The notes beneath the pieces were generated by a model. It was not told the origin of the DNA. It was given only the letters and a program-made list of their open reading frames with translations, and did no database searches. This document shows positions 14,526-30,364 of a stretch of 64,000 nucleotides of DNA, one piece after another (position 1 is the first letter of the stretch; each line of letters starts with the position of its first letter). A program made the position numbers and the translations under genes. Source of the stretch: Eledone cirrhosa (taxonomy: Eukaryota); contig OZ024745.1 in assembly GCA_964016885.1 (NCBI GenBank), positions 15,872,001-15,936,000 of the forward strand, read 5' to 3'.

Positions 14526-14968
14526 TATGTACGCATGCACACGTGTGTATGCGTGAGTGTATGTTATACGTATTAGTTGTGATGTGGTTACAGGTCTGAA
14601 CAAGACAACATGTCAGGCAGAAGCAGGAGGTCCTACAGACCGGAAGCTGTGTAAAATATCCTTGAATAGTCGCTTCACACATGCGTGTAGGTTCCCACCA
14701 CTGGAGTTTGTCTGCAGGCCCTGATATATATGATAGTTTTAAATGACACCCACCAGCATCACCACCACTACCTCCCCTACCACTACCACTACCACCAGCA
14801 ACACCACCGTCACCACCACCACCAATACTACCACCACCACCAATTTCCACCACCAATTTTATGAAATATAAAAAATACAGTCTGTGCGCAAACTAATGAG
14901 AGATTGCCTATACATGTATCACTGCTAATTGGCGGTTCATAAGAAAACTACTACCACTGCTGCTGCTG

Positions 14969-15057
<89 letters not shown>

Positions 15058-16786
15058 GTTGCTGCTTTGAATCTGGAAGAGAGAAATAAAATGTGTTGAA
15101 TTCTTTAAGAGAGGAGAGAAATAATTTATATTTGTAAATGATTAATTTCAGTAACTGTTGAAGTATAATGGAAAAAATCTCTCTGTAAGTTTATGGCCAA
15201 ATAATTAAGATGTTGGTTTAACAACCCTAATGTCGTGGGATCTATTTCTTGACCGAGTGAAGTGTTCAGTCCTTGAATAAGGCACTTTATTTCTCGTTGT
15301 TTTTCCTTCTTTTCAGCTGAAAATGAGTACCAATGGCAGCTGGGTGGTTAGTTCTGTGACGGCAGGCATCTCGTCTAATGATGGGAAGGAGTCGCGTACT
15401 CTCAGTTACTTAACGTCCATGAAAACTTACCTAAGCTCCGTCCAACTTGTGCGAGCTTAGAAAAACATAAGCTTTTTTTCCCCAACTTGTGCAAGCATGG
15501 AAAAACCGGTTGGGACAGGATAACAACGATTTCCTGTTTGGAAGTGAAGGAACTTAGAACAATATGTAGTTGTCGACTAAACTAAGATACAAGAGTCACA
15601 TAACATGGTATAACAGTCACTATAAAGATGATTATCTCTTACACAACCTGAAATATTATGAAGATAATTGATTCCTGCAGCGGATTTCCCTGACTCTTGT
15701 CCATGCGGCGGGGTACTCTCTCACTCGCATTGATTTAACGTGAAAAAAAAACCGGGATAACCTCCTGCCCTCGTTCAAGTACAGAAGAATAGATGTAAAC
15801 GATGATGCCTCTAATTCTAACTCAAAGAAAAAAATTCTTTTATTTTCTATTTCTCATATCTTTTGAGCTGGTCAATTACATTTGTTGCTCGTTAGCTGTA
15901 TATAACTGCTGCTATAGTTTGAGACGGGAGATTTTTTCATTTTGTTTTTACATCGTAAAATATACAATTGAGTGGAATTTCATGTCACAGATTAACACTG
16001 ATAACGTAAGATTTTAACCTCCGCCTCCCCTATCTCATTGCTTGCCAGTCTATATCTGTCCATTTCTTTCAATATATATCTCACCCCCCCCCCACTTATC
16101 TCTCTAAATCTGCCTACCTCATTCTCAATCTCTCCCCCCCCTCTCTCTCTTTCTCTCTCACACATACAAACACACACAGTCTCTCAATCAAGTTCTCCCT
16201 CAACCTGTCTTAATTCCTCTCTTCCGTTCTTTCTCTTCCATATCTCCCAGTATATATCTCACCATTAAGGTCGTACATAGTTAAACGACAACGAAGAACA
16301 GCGTAGTTAGTCTATATTCAACTAATCTCTTTCAGTTGATGTTTTCTATTAATTACCGCCTGATCGAGTTTGTTATGAAGAGTAGCAGCATGGCGGAGAT
16401 TCCGTGGCGGTGAAAGTGTCATTAACCGACATGGTTTGTCCAGGATCACTAAATTCTTGATGTATATTATTGATAACATCAATAAATTTGGTGACTATAA
16501 ATGTCAATTAGCTACTGATAGATTTGAAATAACTCACATTTAAATCAAATCTTCACCTCACCGTGTCATTCACCCTTTTGTTACCATATTTCTTATGAAA
16601 GAAACGGCTTATGATTTTCAAATTATAAAAAAAACAACAACATGAATTTGGAGAGATTTAAGTAATCTAAGTAACTTTCTCATTACTAAGCTGGTAAGGG
16701 CGGTGGATTGCCAGAATCTGTAGAGCGTCGGATAACATGTTTTGTGGTCTATATTTACCGAGGTTAGTTAGCTTTACTTTTCATCC

Positions 16787-17520
16787 TCTAGTATCATATT
16801 AGTGACTCCGGTACTAGTTAATGACTCTAGTATCATATTAGTGACTCTGGTACTAGTTAATGACTCTAGTATCATATTAGTGACTCCGGTACTAGTTAAT
16901 GACTCTAGTATCATATTAGTGATTCTGGTACTAGTTAATGACTCTAGTATCATATTAGTGACTCTGGTACTAGTCAATGACTCTAGTATCATATTAGTGA
17001 CTGTGGTGCTAGTAAATGACTCTAGTATCATATTAGTGACTCTGGTACTAGTTAATGACTCTAGTATCATATTAGTGACTCTGGTGCTAGTTAATGACTC
17101 TAGTATCATATTAGTGACTCTGGTACTAGTTAATGACTCTAGTATCATATTAGTGACTCCGGTACTAGTTAATGACTCTAGTATCATATTAGTGACTCTG
17201 GTACTAGTTAATGGTACTAGTTAATGACTCTAGTATCATATTAGTGACTCCGGTACTAGTTAATGACTCTAGTATCATATTAGTGATTCTGGTGCTAGTA
17301 AATGACTCTAGTATCATATTAGTGACTCTGGTACTAGTTAATGACTCTAGTATCATATTAGTGACTCTGGTGCTAGTTAATGACTCTAGTATCATATTAG
17401 TGACTCTGGTACTAGTTAATGACTCTAGTATCATATTAGTGACTCCGGTACTAGTTAATGACTCTAGTATCATATTAGTGACTCTGGTACTAGTTAATGG
17501 TACTAGTTAATGACTCTAGT
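16787..17520. repeat. 39-bp minisatellite, ~18 copies
   Basis: Unit ctctagtatcatattagtgactctggtactagttaatga, followed by degenerate ~23-bp units to ~17790. Confidence 0.95.
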
Positions 17521-18772
17521 TACCATATAAGTGTTGACTGTTACCGTATTAGTAGCGACTCTAGTACCATATTGGTAGTGATCCAGGTACAGGTGGTGAC
17601 TATAACCCACATTAATGGTGTTTCTAGTACAATATTAGTCGTGACTATATTACCATATAACTGGTGACTCTGGTACCATATTATCAATGACTATGACACC
17701 ATATTACTGAGAATTGTAGCACCATATTACTAATTGCTCTATACACTAATACTAAGGATTTTAGTACGGTATTAGTGGTGAATCTGGTATCTTGTCACTG
17801 TCAGGTATTTTACAATTCACTAATGGCGGACAGAATGTTTTTTAAATTACTTTAATAACTATTCTTATTATAAGTGTTTAATATAGAATAAAATCCATGT
17901 TTTTCACTGGTAGTATAAACAATAACTAAAACATCAGACATTTCTTAATATTATAACATCATTTAACTACATTAATTAAACTAATTCTATTGTTAATAGA
18001 TTAATAATAATATATATGATAGAAAGAGAAGAGTTAAAATAACACAAAGATTGTATTAACGAAAGATTCAGAAGGAAAATAAAAGAATTTCTGCACGTAT
18101 TCAACATCTCATAATCAATGGAATCTCCAGGCCCGATTAAATGAAGATGTGAGCCATACTTTGCATAAACTTGACTAAAAACGATCATTATCTGATCCTT
18201 GGTTTATTATATTATTATTCTACTCAGTCTCTGCCAAACTAAACAACATGAAACAACAACAACAACAAACAAAAATAACAACAGCAAAAAACAAACAAAC
18301 AGGAAAAATGCAAAAAAATAAGACAAACAATAAAACATAAATATAACAAAGAAAAAATTCCTTCAGCTTATATATGCCTGACAACATGATGAACCGAATC
18401 AAAGAGAATGCTTGCAATGCAAAGATATTGGTACGGTCTTTGGTATTCTCATAAAAAAGATAATAAAATCCTTTTATTCAATCTTTCAGTGTATTGGATT
18501 TGTAAATACGAAAGAAACCACAGCAACCGAACTACTTGTTGTTTGCAGCAAATGATTGCTTCTGTTTAGTGAAACTAATAAAATTTCACTAACATGACAG
18601 CTCGTAACTGGAATAATATAGAAAACTACGTTTGTTGTTTGGTTTACACAATTTAATGGATTCATGCTGCTACAGCTGCTCTTTTCAATATGGCGGATTC
18701 TTATATTTTTGTTGCTGTGGAGCTGTGGATAGTTAATTTACACACACACACACACATACACACACACACGTA

Positions 18773-18828
<56 letters not shown>

Positions 18829-18958
18829 ATATATATATATGTATTATGCTTGTTTGTATGTATACATGTATGTATGAATCTATTTAATTATATTTCCCTC
18901 TCTCTTTCCACACACACACATATATATGGACATATATATATATACATATATAAATACA

Positions 18959-18991
<33 letters not shown>

Positions 18992-19206
18992 GTATATATA
19001 TGTATATATATATATATATATATACATATGTATATATATATATATACATATATATGTATATATATATACATATATTTGTATATATATATACATTTATATA
19101 TGTATATATATATATATTTATGTATATATATATATACATATATATGTATATATATACACACATATATTTCTATATATATGTGTGTATATATATATGTATA
19201 TATATA

Positions 19207-19300
<94 letters not shown>

Positions 19301-20052
19301 TACATATATATATATATATGTGTACATATATATCTAACGCCGATAAGTTTACTATTCTGCCTGATGAATGATGACTCATATGACGACTGTAGTTTAGTAG
19401 CCAGAAGGCGTGAAAAACAAACAAACAAAAATATATCAACATTTCTTTTTACGATTTCTTAATATTAATTGATGCTATTTTTGATTTTCATGAAGTTTTT
19501 ATTAGCAATGTCTCCGAATGGAAGCAATTTGGCTGCTGAGCAAATCTTTACACCCCCACCCCCAACCAACACACATCCCCTCCACACACCCACACAGCTC
19601 CACACATCCCCCACACAGCCCACACACATCTACACAGTACACCCACAGTCATATATAGACATGCATACGTCTGTTCATACGTACATTATAAATATTTTAT
19701 CATATATTGCATATTTTATATAAACCGGAATATATGATGACTCAAATAAGAAAAATGATATTTTTTGGCCAATTGTAAAATATGGAATCTTTATCATATT
19801 CGTATCTTTTTTATTTTTTGTTCCGTCATTAGACCGAAGCCATGATGGAGTGTCACATTGAAAAAAAAAAGAATGTTTATTTTCGTTAGAACGGATTCGA
19901 ACCACTAACCTAAGGATACCAAACATACACTTACAACTGCAGCCTTCTATTTCATCAATTAAGGTTCTTTTATTTATTGTTTAGTCAGAGATGGAAAGTG
20001 AAAGTACCCGTGTTTCTTTTTGGTTGGGATAGTTTAAGGAGAGAGAGAGGTG

Positions 20053-20087
<35 letters not shown>

Positions 20088-20257
20088 AAAGAGAGATAGA
20101 TTGATAGAGAGGTGGTGGTGGTGTGTGTGTGAGAGAGCGATAGAGAGATAGAGAGAGAGATATATAGATAGGTGGTGGTGGTGGTGGTGGTAATTGTCGT
20201 GGCGTGTGTGTGTGTGTGAGAGAGAGGGTGAGAGAGAGGGAGAGAGAGAGAGAGAGC

Positions 20258-20324
<67 letters not shown>

Positions 20325-20930
20325 TGCCATTGTGTCTAATACTTTACCAATCAAACATAGTTTAGAAATTGGTAATAATACCAGATTGAATAAAAATTCA
20401 TCAAATTCTCGTGAATACACCAAAGAGAAATCTGGACTCCCGTTGCTGAGTTAACTATAGAACTGAATATATTTTTGTATTTTGGAAAGGTCATGCTGCC
20501 AATCAAAACACGAACAGTTTGGTTTTCACTTCAGTTTTATTATTAATAAGGGATTATTCCATTGATCAGATGATTAATCAATATATTAGTTTCATTACAG
20601 TTTGTGGACTGAAAGCTGACTCCTGGGCTGCGTCTCCTTTCCGTTCACACTTTAATATTGACTCCATCTGAAACATAGACTCAGAAGCTTCAACATGAAA
20701 GTAACGAATTGAAATATCATGGAGAGAGAGAGAGCAAGAGAGAGGGAGAGAGAGAGAGAGATATGGATTCGATCATACCATATATTACATCTGATAGTAT
20801 ACAGTTCTCTAACTGCTATAGACCAGTCAATATATCAATATGATCAACCCTCCGAAACGATCGTAAAACAATGAAAAAACTATGTAAAATAACTTGCCTT
20901 TGTTATTATAATCGTTGTCAAACTCATATG

Positions 20931-20979
<49 letters not shown>

Positions 20980-21146
20980 TATCACATAAGAAACGGAGAA
21001 TCAGTGGTAAGACGAATTAGAATTTATTAGACATATTACAATCGTTTCTCTGGCGACCAGCGTTTCTTATGTGATATACTCTGCTCTGTAAGAGCATCGA
21101 GTGCTCAAACGGCGTCCTGCATACGGACTTTTTAAGCATCACACAC

Positions 21147-21150
<4 letters not shown>
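20980..21150. mobile_element. Family J TA-embedded element with fold-back
   Basis: Matches 46687-46830. The minus strand has GAAAC-gatt-GTA-atatg, an HHR 3' half. Confidence 0.6.
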
Positions 21151-21220
<70 letters not shown>

Positions 21221-21755
21221 GATTGGTGCTCTGAAATAGCGATGTATACATGAATGTATGTATAGTATATTTGGCAATATACCGTATGTTGTGTTTAATT
21301 AAAAACATTTTGAATACCATACGCTATCGGTTTTAAAGTAGTGACTATGTCACTTACTTCTTTTCGGCGAAAGAAGGGAGAGAAGTTAACACTCTGTTTC
21401 ACGCATAGTATATTATATTTCTGTGATTACTCTCTGTTGTTACTCTGAGTTTCGCAAATTGGCATTGACAGGCGAGTGGAAATATTTTTTTTTACAAGAA
21501 AGCAGTGTATACAGTAAATATAATCACTGTGGCCGATATAATAATAAACTATATGGGTCTGACTGTTTTTTCAAAAAATCAGGAAACGGATGTTAAGATA
21601 TACTGGAAAAATATCCACACTATTGATACTACCACCTACTTACACACACACATACATGTACTGACATACTTAAAACTACACCCACTCATGCCTATACATA
21701 TGTACATACATACTTATCATCACCGACATCATCGCTATTGTGCGCCTACTTTCAC

Positions 21756-23437
<1,682 letters not shown>

Positions 23438-23686
23438 GTAGGAGGTGAGTTTTATTGTAGTACAATAAAGCAATGCAGATATCGGATAAGAAGCACTCTA
23501 CAGTTTGTGGGACTGGAGTATGCATAATATAAGATCAAAAGATGGTTAAAGGAGCTCCATATATTTTATTATGCGCATTTCAAAAACAAACAATTGGGAT
23601 GAATCGGATGCTCCCATTGTGATGTCGAAGTTGTTAGAGGTATCGAAGTTGTTAGAGCCGATACCTCTAACAACTTCGACATCACA

Positions 23687-25117
23687 ATGGGAGCATCCGA
23701 TTCATCCCAATTGACTGATTTAATTGGTATCTTCATTTTGAACTCTTTGAGTCGGAAAATTCCTCAACTTCGCGGTGGAATTTATCGTGACGATGGACTC
23801 TTTACTATCCTAAATTGCAATATAGTTAAACTTAATATTATTAAGAACAATATACGTAATCTCTTTAACCAACATAACCTAAAAATTGAATTTGATAATA
23901 GTATCAAACTAGCTAATTTCTTGGATGTATCTCTTAATCTTGACACTGGCCTATATTACCCTTACCATAAAAACAATGAGAATCTTAATTATGTTAACTT
24001 TAAATCTAACCATCCTACCAATATCAAGAATGCTATAGTTAATAATATTGGAAATAGAATATCTAACATATCTTCTAATAAAAACATCTTTGATGCTAAC
24101 GCCAATTACTATAATAACGCACTTTCTAAAGCCGGCTATCCAGATAAAATCAAATATAATAAAGAAACACATTCTAGGAAAACTTACAGTAGAATATTTA
24201 ATCATAACCATTCCAATAATTTTAATAAAAGACCTAGATACAAAAACATAATCTGGTATAATGCTCCTTTCTCCATCTCTATTAATAACAATATTCCTAA
24301 ATTATTTTTTAGTGCCTTAAATAAATGCTTCCCTCCCTCACATATCTATAGTAAAATATTTAACAAACACACCATCAAATTTTCGTATTCTACATCCTCC
24401 AATATTTCCAACATCATCTCTAAACACAACAACAAAATATTAAATACTAAATCTCTTCCTTCCAATATTGAATTTCATAATAACAGTAATAGTACTCCTG
24501 ACGTCATTGTAAACCCTAGGCTAACTTCTGTAAACCCAAATGCAACGTCAAACACAACTTCGCTAAATGTTCATAATCCAACTCTAAATCAAGAAACTAT
24601 TATTCCTATTATTCCTATCGCAAACAACTTCTCCAATCCAATTCCTTCTATAGATAACACTAGATCACTCATTAATAATCTCTCTAATTGCAACTGCCGC
24701 ATTAAAAATAAATGTCCTCTCAACAACCATTGCCTCGATAAAAACTTAATTTATGAATGTAAAATTATAACTAGCACCAATTCCTTCACCTATTTTGGCT
24801 CCACTTCCACCTCTTTTAAAGCTCGTCTCTATAATCATCATTCATCTTTCAAATACAAACTTAAAAGAACTAACACTGCTCTCTCTGAACTCATATGGTC
24901 CTTAAAAGACAAAAACATTAAATATAACATCTTTTGGAAAAAGATTTCTTCTGCATCCTCATACTTGAACAGCTCTCTATCTAAAATCTGTAATCTCTGC
25001 CTAAATGAAAAATTTACCATTATCTCTAACCTAGAATCCATAATAAATAGACGCTCAGATTTGTTTTCTATCTGCCTGCATAAATTCCATAGAACTTTTC
25101 ACAAAGTATACAGTTAA
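23687..25117 (+). CDS. Penelope-like RT C-terminal half plus GIY-YIG endonuclease (5' truncated)
   Basis: FDITMG.D, GIYRDDG, NFLDV, SNHP, then CNCR..CPL..C, LIYEC...YFGST..FKAR..NH and CNLCL.EK. Confidence 0.9.
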   Translation: MGASDSSQLTDLIGIFILNSLSRKIPQLRGGIYRDDGLFTILNCNIVKLNIIKNNIRNLFNQHNLKIEFDNSIKLANFLDVSLNLDTGLYYPYHKNNENLNYVNFKSNHPTNIKNAIVNNIGNRISNISSNKNIFDANANYYNNALSKAGYPDKIKYNKETHSRKTYSRIFNHNHSNNFNKRPRYKNIIWYNAPFSISINNNIPKLFFSALNKCFPPSHIYSKIFNKHTIKFSYSTSSNISNIISKHNNKILNTKSLPSNIEFHNNSNSTPDVIVNPRLTSVNPNATSNTTSLNVHNPTLNQETIIPIIPIANNFSNPIPSIDNTRSLINNLSNCNCRIKNKCPLNNHCLDKNLIYECKIITSTNSFTYFGSTSTSFKARLYNHHSSFKYKLKRTNTALSELIWSLKDKNIKYNIFWKKISSASSYLNSSLSKICNLCLNEKFTIISNLESIINRRSDLFSICLHKFHRTFHKVYS

Positions 25118-26294
25118 TATTCAATTCTTTATCAATTTAGAATCTTCTCTCAAAGGCACATATACATACACCTCTTTAAAATATACCCATCTACCTTACT
25201 TTAAAGGGCATTATACACTCTATAATACTCGTTTACTCATTACCCTCATTCTATCTTCTCGTAAAACAATAACATTTGTTTTTGACATTTTGAATATTCA
25301 TCCGCAATCATTATTATTTTTTCTCTCTATCATAAATCTTTTTAATCTCATTTCATCCTTAATTTATTATTATATTTTTTTTAATATATACTCATATATC
25401 CTTTAAAATATACCCATCTACCTTACTTTAAAGGGCATTATACACTCTATAATACTCGTTTACTCATTACCCTCATTCTATCTTCTCGTAAAACAATAAC
25501 ATTTGTTTTTGACATTTTGAGTATTCATCCGCAATCATTATTATTTTCTCTCTATCATAAATCTTTTTAATCTCAATTTCATCCTTAATTTATTATTATT
25601 TTTTTCTCCCCATCAACGAACTCATTATTAATACATATGAATTCAATATACAAACTTTAACTTCACATTATTTTTCTCAAATCCTTCTACACATAAACTT
25701 TTTTTCTCTTTGCTAATTTTGAAATTGACGTTAGAATATTCACCCACAATTATTATTTTTTTCTCTCTATCTTCATACATAATTTCCCTTCGTTAATTTT
25801 CAAATTCCTTTAATTTATACATTATCTTCCAACGGGTCCCAACCTCTCTATATTAAAACATTATATCTTTTTCTCAGTTATAAAAACTATCTCTTTCTCT
25901 CTATCACCCACCTCTCCCTTTCCACCTTCACTCTCATCTCCTCCCCTTTTTTTTCATCCTTTCCAACCCCCCCCCTCCCTAAATAAAATATTTTTTCCAC
26001 GCACATATCCTCCCTTCGTTAATTTTCAAAATTTTTAATTTATACAGTATCTTCCAACGGTTTTCAACCCCTCTATATAAAATATATCTCCTCTCAGTTA
26101 TAAAAACTATCTCTTTCTCTCTATCACCCATCTCTCCCTCTCATCTCCTTCCCTTTTCATCCTTTTCTCCCCCCCCCTCTCTAAATAAAATATTTTTCCC
26201 AATATCATACATCAATCTAAAACCACTTTTCATATGTTGATTTAAAACTGCACTATCAACAAGTGTTTTTTAGCCTTCATATCATGTTCTCCTG

Positions 26295-26361
26295 TTTTAT
26301 CTGATGAAAACGCAAATATTATTGTTTGATGATGTTTGTTTTTGAAATGCGCATAATAAAA
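26295..26361 (+). ncRNA. Minimal type I hammerhead in the PLE 3' pLTR
   Basis: ttttat CTGATGA aaac...gtttt GAAA tgcgc ATA ataaaa. Stem III is the palindrome ATGCGCAT. Confidence 0.8.
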
Positions 26362-26737
26362 TATATGGAACTCCTTTAACCATCTTTTGATCTTATATTA
26401 TATATATATATATATATATATAGGAACAAGTATAACCCCGACGGCAGAGCTCAAGCCGTTTCGACGGCTAATTCTGGACTAAACAAGAATTTTTAGCCTG
26501 GTAAATAAATAGCCGAACTTCTCAGGGGGTAATTCCTTATATGGGAAGATACCCCCTGAGAAGTTCGGCTATTTATTTACCAGGCTAAATATTCTTATTT
26601 AGTCCAGAATTAGCCGTCGAAACGGCTTGAGCTCTGCCGTCGGGGTTATACTTGTTCCTATTACCCACTCTACTACCCTAAGTATTGAGTACTTTGGTGC
26701 GTTATGGTCCATCTGGTTCCTTACCACATTTCCTTCG

Positions 26738-26835
<98 letters not shown>

Positions 26836-26844
26836 ATATATATG

Positions 26845-26937
<93 letters not shown>

Positions 26938-27177
26938 TATATATGCATACACCCCTATATACATATATGTGCACACACGCACACAAATATATATGCACAT
27001 ATACATATGCCCACATACATACAAGTGACACAAGCCATAAATACTATTGTGTTTGTATTGACACCTTTATGTCTAATGTGACCTTTACATAGGTCGAGCA
27101 TGTTGGTGCGACTATAGCAGAAGATTATGAACAATATTTTATAATCTGAAACACAAAAAGGTTATAAATTACACATT

Positions 27178-27530
27178 GTGACATTCCTAAACGATATCAA
27201 GAGGGTGACATTCCCAAACGATATCAAGAGGGTGACATTCCTAAACGATATCAAGAGGGTGACATTCCCAAACGATATCAAGAGGGTGACATTCCTAAAC
27301 GATATCAAGAGGGTGACATTCCTAAACGATATCAAGAGGGTGACATTCCCAAACGATATCAAGAGGGTGACATTCCTAAACGATATCAAGAGGGTGAACA
27401 TTCCTAAACGATATCAAGAGGGTGACATTCCTAAACGATATCAAGAGGGTGACATTCCCTAAACGATATCAAGAGGGTGACATTCCTAAACGATATCAAG
27501 AGGGTGACATTCCTAAACGATATCAAGGGG
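27178..27530. repeat. 27-bp minisatellite, ~13 copies
   Basis: Unit gtgacattcctaaacgatatcaagagg. Confidence 0.95.
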
Positions 27531-27785
27531 CACAAATTTAATAAATACTAAAACTTTCTTCTAGAATATCGGACATTACATTTGCACCAACCTGTTATAT
27601 ATATGAGTTATGCGTGTAACTACAGGTACAGGCGGTGTACCGTTCAGAACACTCGATACTGTTATAAGGTCCGCCTTGTGTTGGGTTGTATTCCAGAGTT
27701 AAGGCGGGTGTAGTGTGGAGAGTATAAATAAAGTAAGGTCGAAGTTACATTTGCAGTATATATATAAACTTTATTGACATATTGC

Positions 27786-27862
27786 CATATTACAATCGTT
27801 TCAATATCGATCGTACAATCGTAATGACCGGGGCTTGACTCCTCGACATTTCATCAGATATG
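27786..27862 (-). ncRNA. Type I hammerhead ribozyme
   Basis: Minus strand: catat CTGATGA aatgtcga...tcgatatt GAAAC gatt GTA atatg. It sits in a fold-back element ~27730-28010. Confidence 0.8.
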
Positions 27863-28006
27863 CAAGTTTATGTGTCTATCTAATGAGATATCAAGGAAAA
27901 GTCTGGCCGCAGTCACTATAATTGTACCCTGAGCTGATCGATATAGAAATGATTGTAATATGCCAATAAAGTTTATATATATGCTGCAACAGTAACTTCG
28001 ATTTTA

Positions 28007-28085
<79 letters not shown>

Positions 28086-28108
28086 TTTGATCTTACACCC
28101 CCCCCCCC

Positions 28109-28169
<61 letters not shown>

Positions 28170-28269
28170 AAATATAAAAACAATCAAATCTTAGTTTAAT
28201 ACATTTAATTGCTGACAATTGTTTCTTCCATTCCAAACGAATGTCTGGAATCATCGGAGCATACACAAT

Positions 28270-28335
<66 letters not shown>

Positions 28336-28563
28336 TTATTCCTCTCTTTTTGACCAACCTACCACGCTTCTATCTTTTCCTTCTCAGTTAAAACAATTAC
28401 TTTGTAGCATTTTTATTTATTTCGTGATTATTGTGAAATTCGCCGAAAGGAACAACTTGTCCTGTGTTTTGCTGCACTGGAATGAATAATATCAACATTG
28501 CTACACTGCAACTTTAGTGATTTCCAGAGGTTTACTGAAGAGCAGAAACTTTCAGACACACAC

Positions 28564-28768
<205 letters not shown>

Positions 28769-29322
28769 CACGCACACACACGCACACACACACGCGCACA
28801 CACACACGCACACACACACACACACACCGCCCAACACATGTTTTTTCGAACATAAAACACTCTCTCCCACCATCTTTCTCACTTTCTCCCCCCCCCCCAC
28901 AGACATCAATACCACCATCACATGCATAACAACAGCAACCAGTACCACCACCACCACCACCACCACTAAAAATGACAACAACAACATCAACATCTGTCAT
29001 TTGTTTTTTACCCTAAATATTTAAGAGTTGGCATAGAGAAGTGAAATGAAACCAATAATTTAGTCACATGACTTTAGAGCGGAAGTCACATGACAGAGAA
29101 TGTAAGTGTCTGTAGCAGAGTGGGGATTAACTATGGGTTAAAGAGGACCAAATGACAGGAACTGGAATACTAGAGTCCTCCATCTACATGCAGTACATGT
29201 GAGATATGGAAGAAGAACTACCAGGAAGCATTACTGATTAAATCAAGGCGTGGACCAACTACGTAGTGACAGAGACACAAGTCTTCCTGTCAAATTTGAT
29301 TGAAAGCAGACAGGATATATGT

Positions 29323-29381
<59 letters not shown>

Positions 29382-29384
<3 letters not shown>

Positions 29385-29841
29385 GAAATGAAATATCGTT
29401 TCATTTTTTCCGTTTATCGTTTTCGGTGCACCCGGCCGATTAACCCACTCGATATGCAAATTGGGCTACTCAGCCGTTAATATGCATAAGGTAAGTATAT
29501 ACGTTCAACAATCTGGCAGGAAGGTATACGTTGCTGACGATAGCTAACAAGCTTGAAACTAGTACAGCGTTCCTTTGTCAGTGTTGAACAAACGAGCAAC
29601 GGTGGTTGCTAGACACTACGGCTTAATACGGGATGTTTGTTTACAAACACACCGAGCATTATAATAAATATTCGGTGAATCCATACGTGCATATATATAT
29701 GTGTGCATGTATGTATATATATATATATACATACTACTGTACGTCGGTATACATATATGTATGTACGTGTACATACTTATATTTAAGTAACAGCCGTACT
29801 AAGAGTGGGAAATGAAATATCGTTTCATTTTTTCCGTTTAT
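29382..29841 (+). mobile_element. 424-bp HHR-containing non-coding element with 36-bp terminal direct repeat (retrozyme-like)
   Basis: tgggaaatgaaatatcgtttcattttttccgtttat at 29382 and 29806, with (TA)n on both sides. Confidence 0.75.
29528..29570 (+). ncRNA. Minimal type I hammerhead ribozyme
   Basis: acgttg CTGACGA tagct-aaca-agctt GAAAC ta GTA cagcgt. Stem III is the palindrome ACTAGT. Confidence 0.85.
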
Positions 29842-30364
29842 ATATATATATGAGAAAGTGAGGTTTTTTTTACAAAATGAAAAATAACCGAGGTGTCCTA
29901 CACGAGTGAAAGTATAAAGAAAAAAAGAAGAAATCGAAAATGCAACTGGAGTTTTATTTTAAAAAATAGATATATATTTATTTGGTTCCTTTACCGGTTT
30001 CGCAGTTCTGCTTTTTTTCTTTATATATATATATATATACAAAGATCGGAATTAAAGTATTCCGCAGTTCACAGTAATAATAATTGTTTCTACTTTTGGC
30101 ACAAATACCCAGTGTATTACTGGTACTTTATTTTATCGACCCCGTAAGGATGAAAGGCAAAGTTAACCTCGGCGTAATATTAGCTCGAAGAAGTGTAATT
30201 TAAAACTCTACTTCAGAGATTTGATTCTGACTTAGTTTTTTTCTATTTAATTGCTAACCTGTAGGTATTGTTCTCCACACAGTAACGGTTAAACTCACAA
30301 TTAATAATTTTTTACACACATCTCACTGTGTAACACACTTCTCTCTGTGTAATATATTTGTATA

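Larger units (their letters stand above)
23524..26401 (+). mobile_element. 5'-truncated Penelope-like retroelement with inverted terminus
   Basis: RT-GIY-YIG ORF, long 3' region with an HHR, 3' end in (TA)n. 23524-23592 is an inverted copy of 26333-26401. Confidence 0.9.

Noticed and set aside
16774-17510. Repeat-protein-like ORFs (also 27162-27462)
   Set aside because: They come from 39-bp and 27-bp minisatellites open on both strands, with no evidence of coding.
17976-18200. Protein-like minus-strand ORF VFSQVYAKYGSHLHLIGPGD
   Set aside because: No recognisable motif or convincing splice sites.
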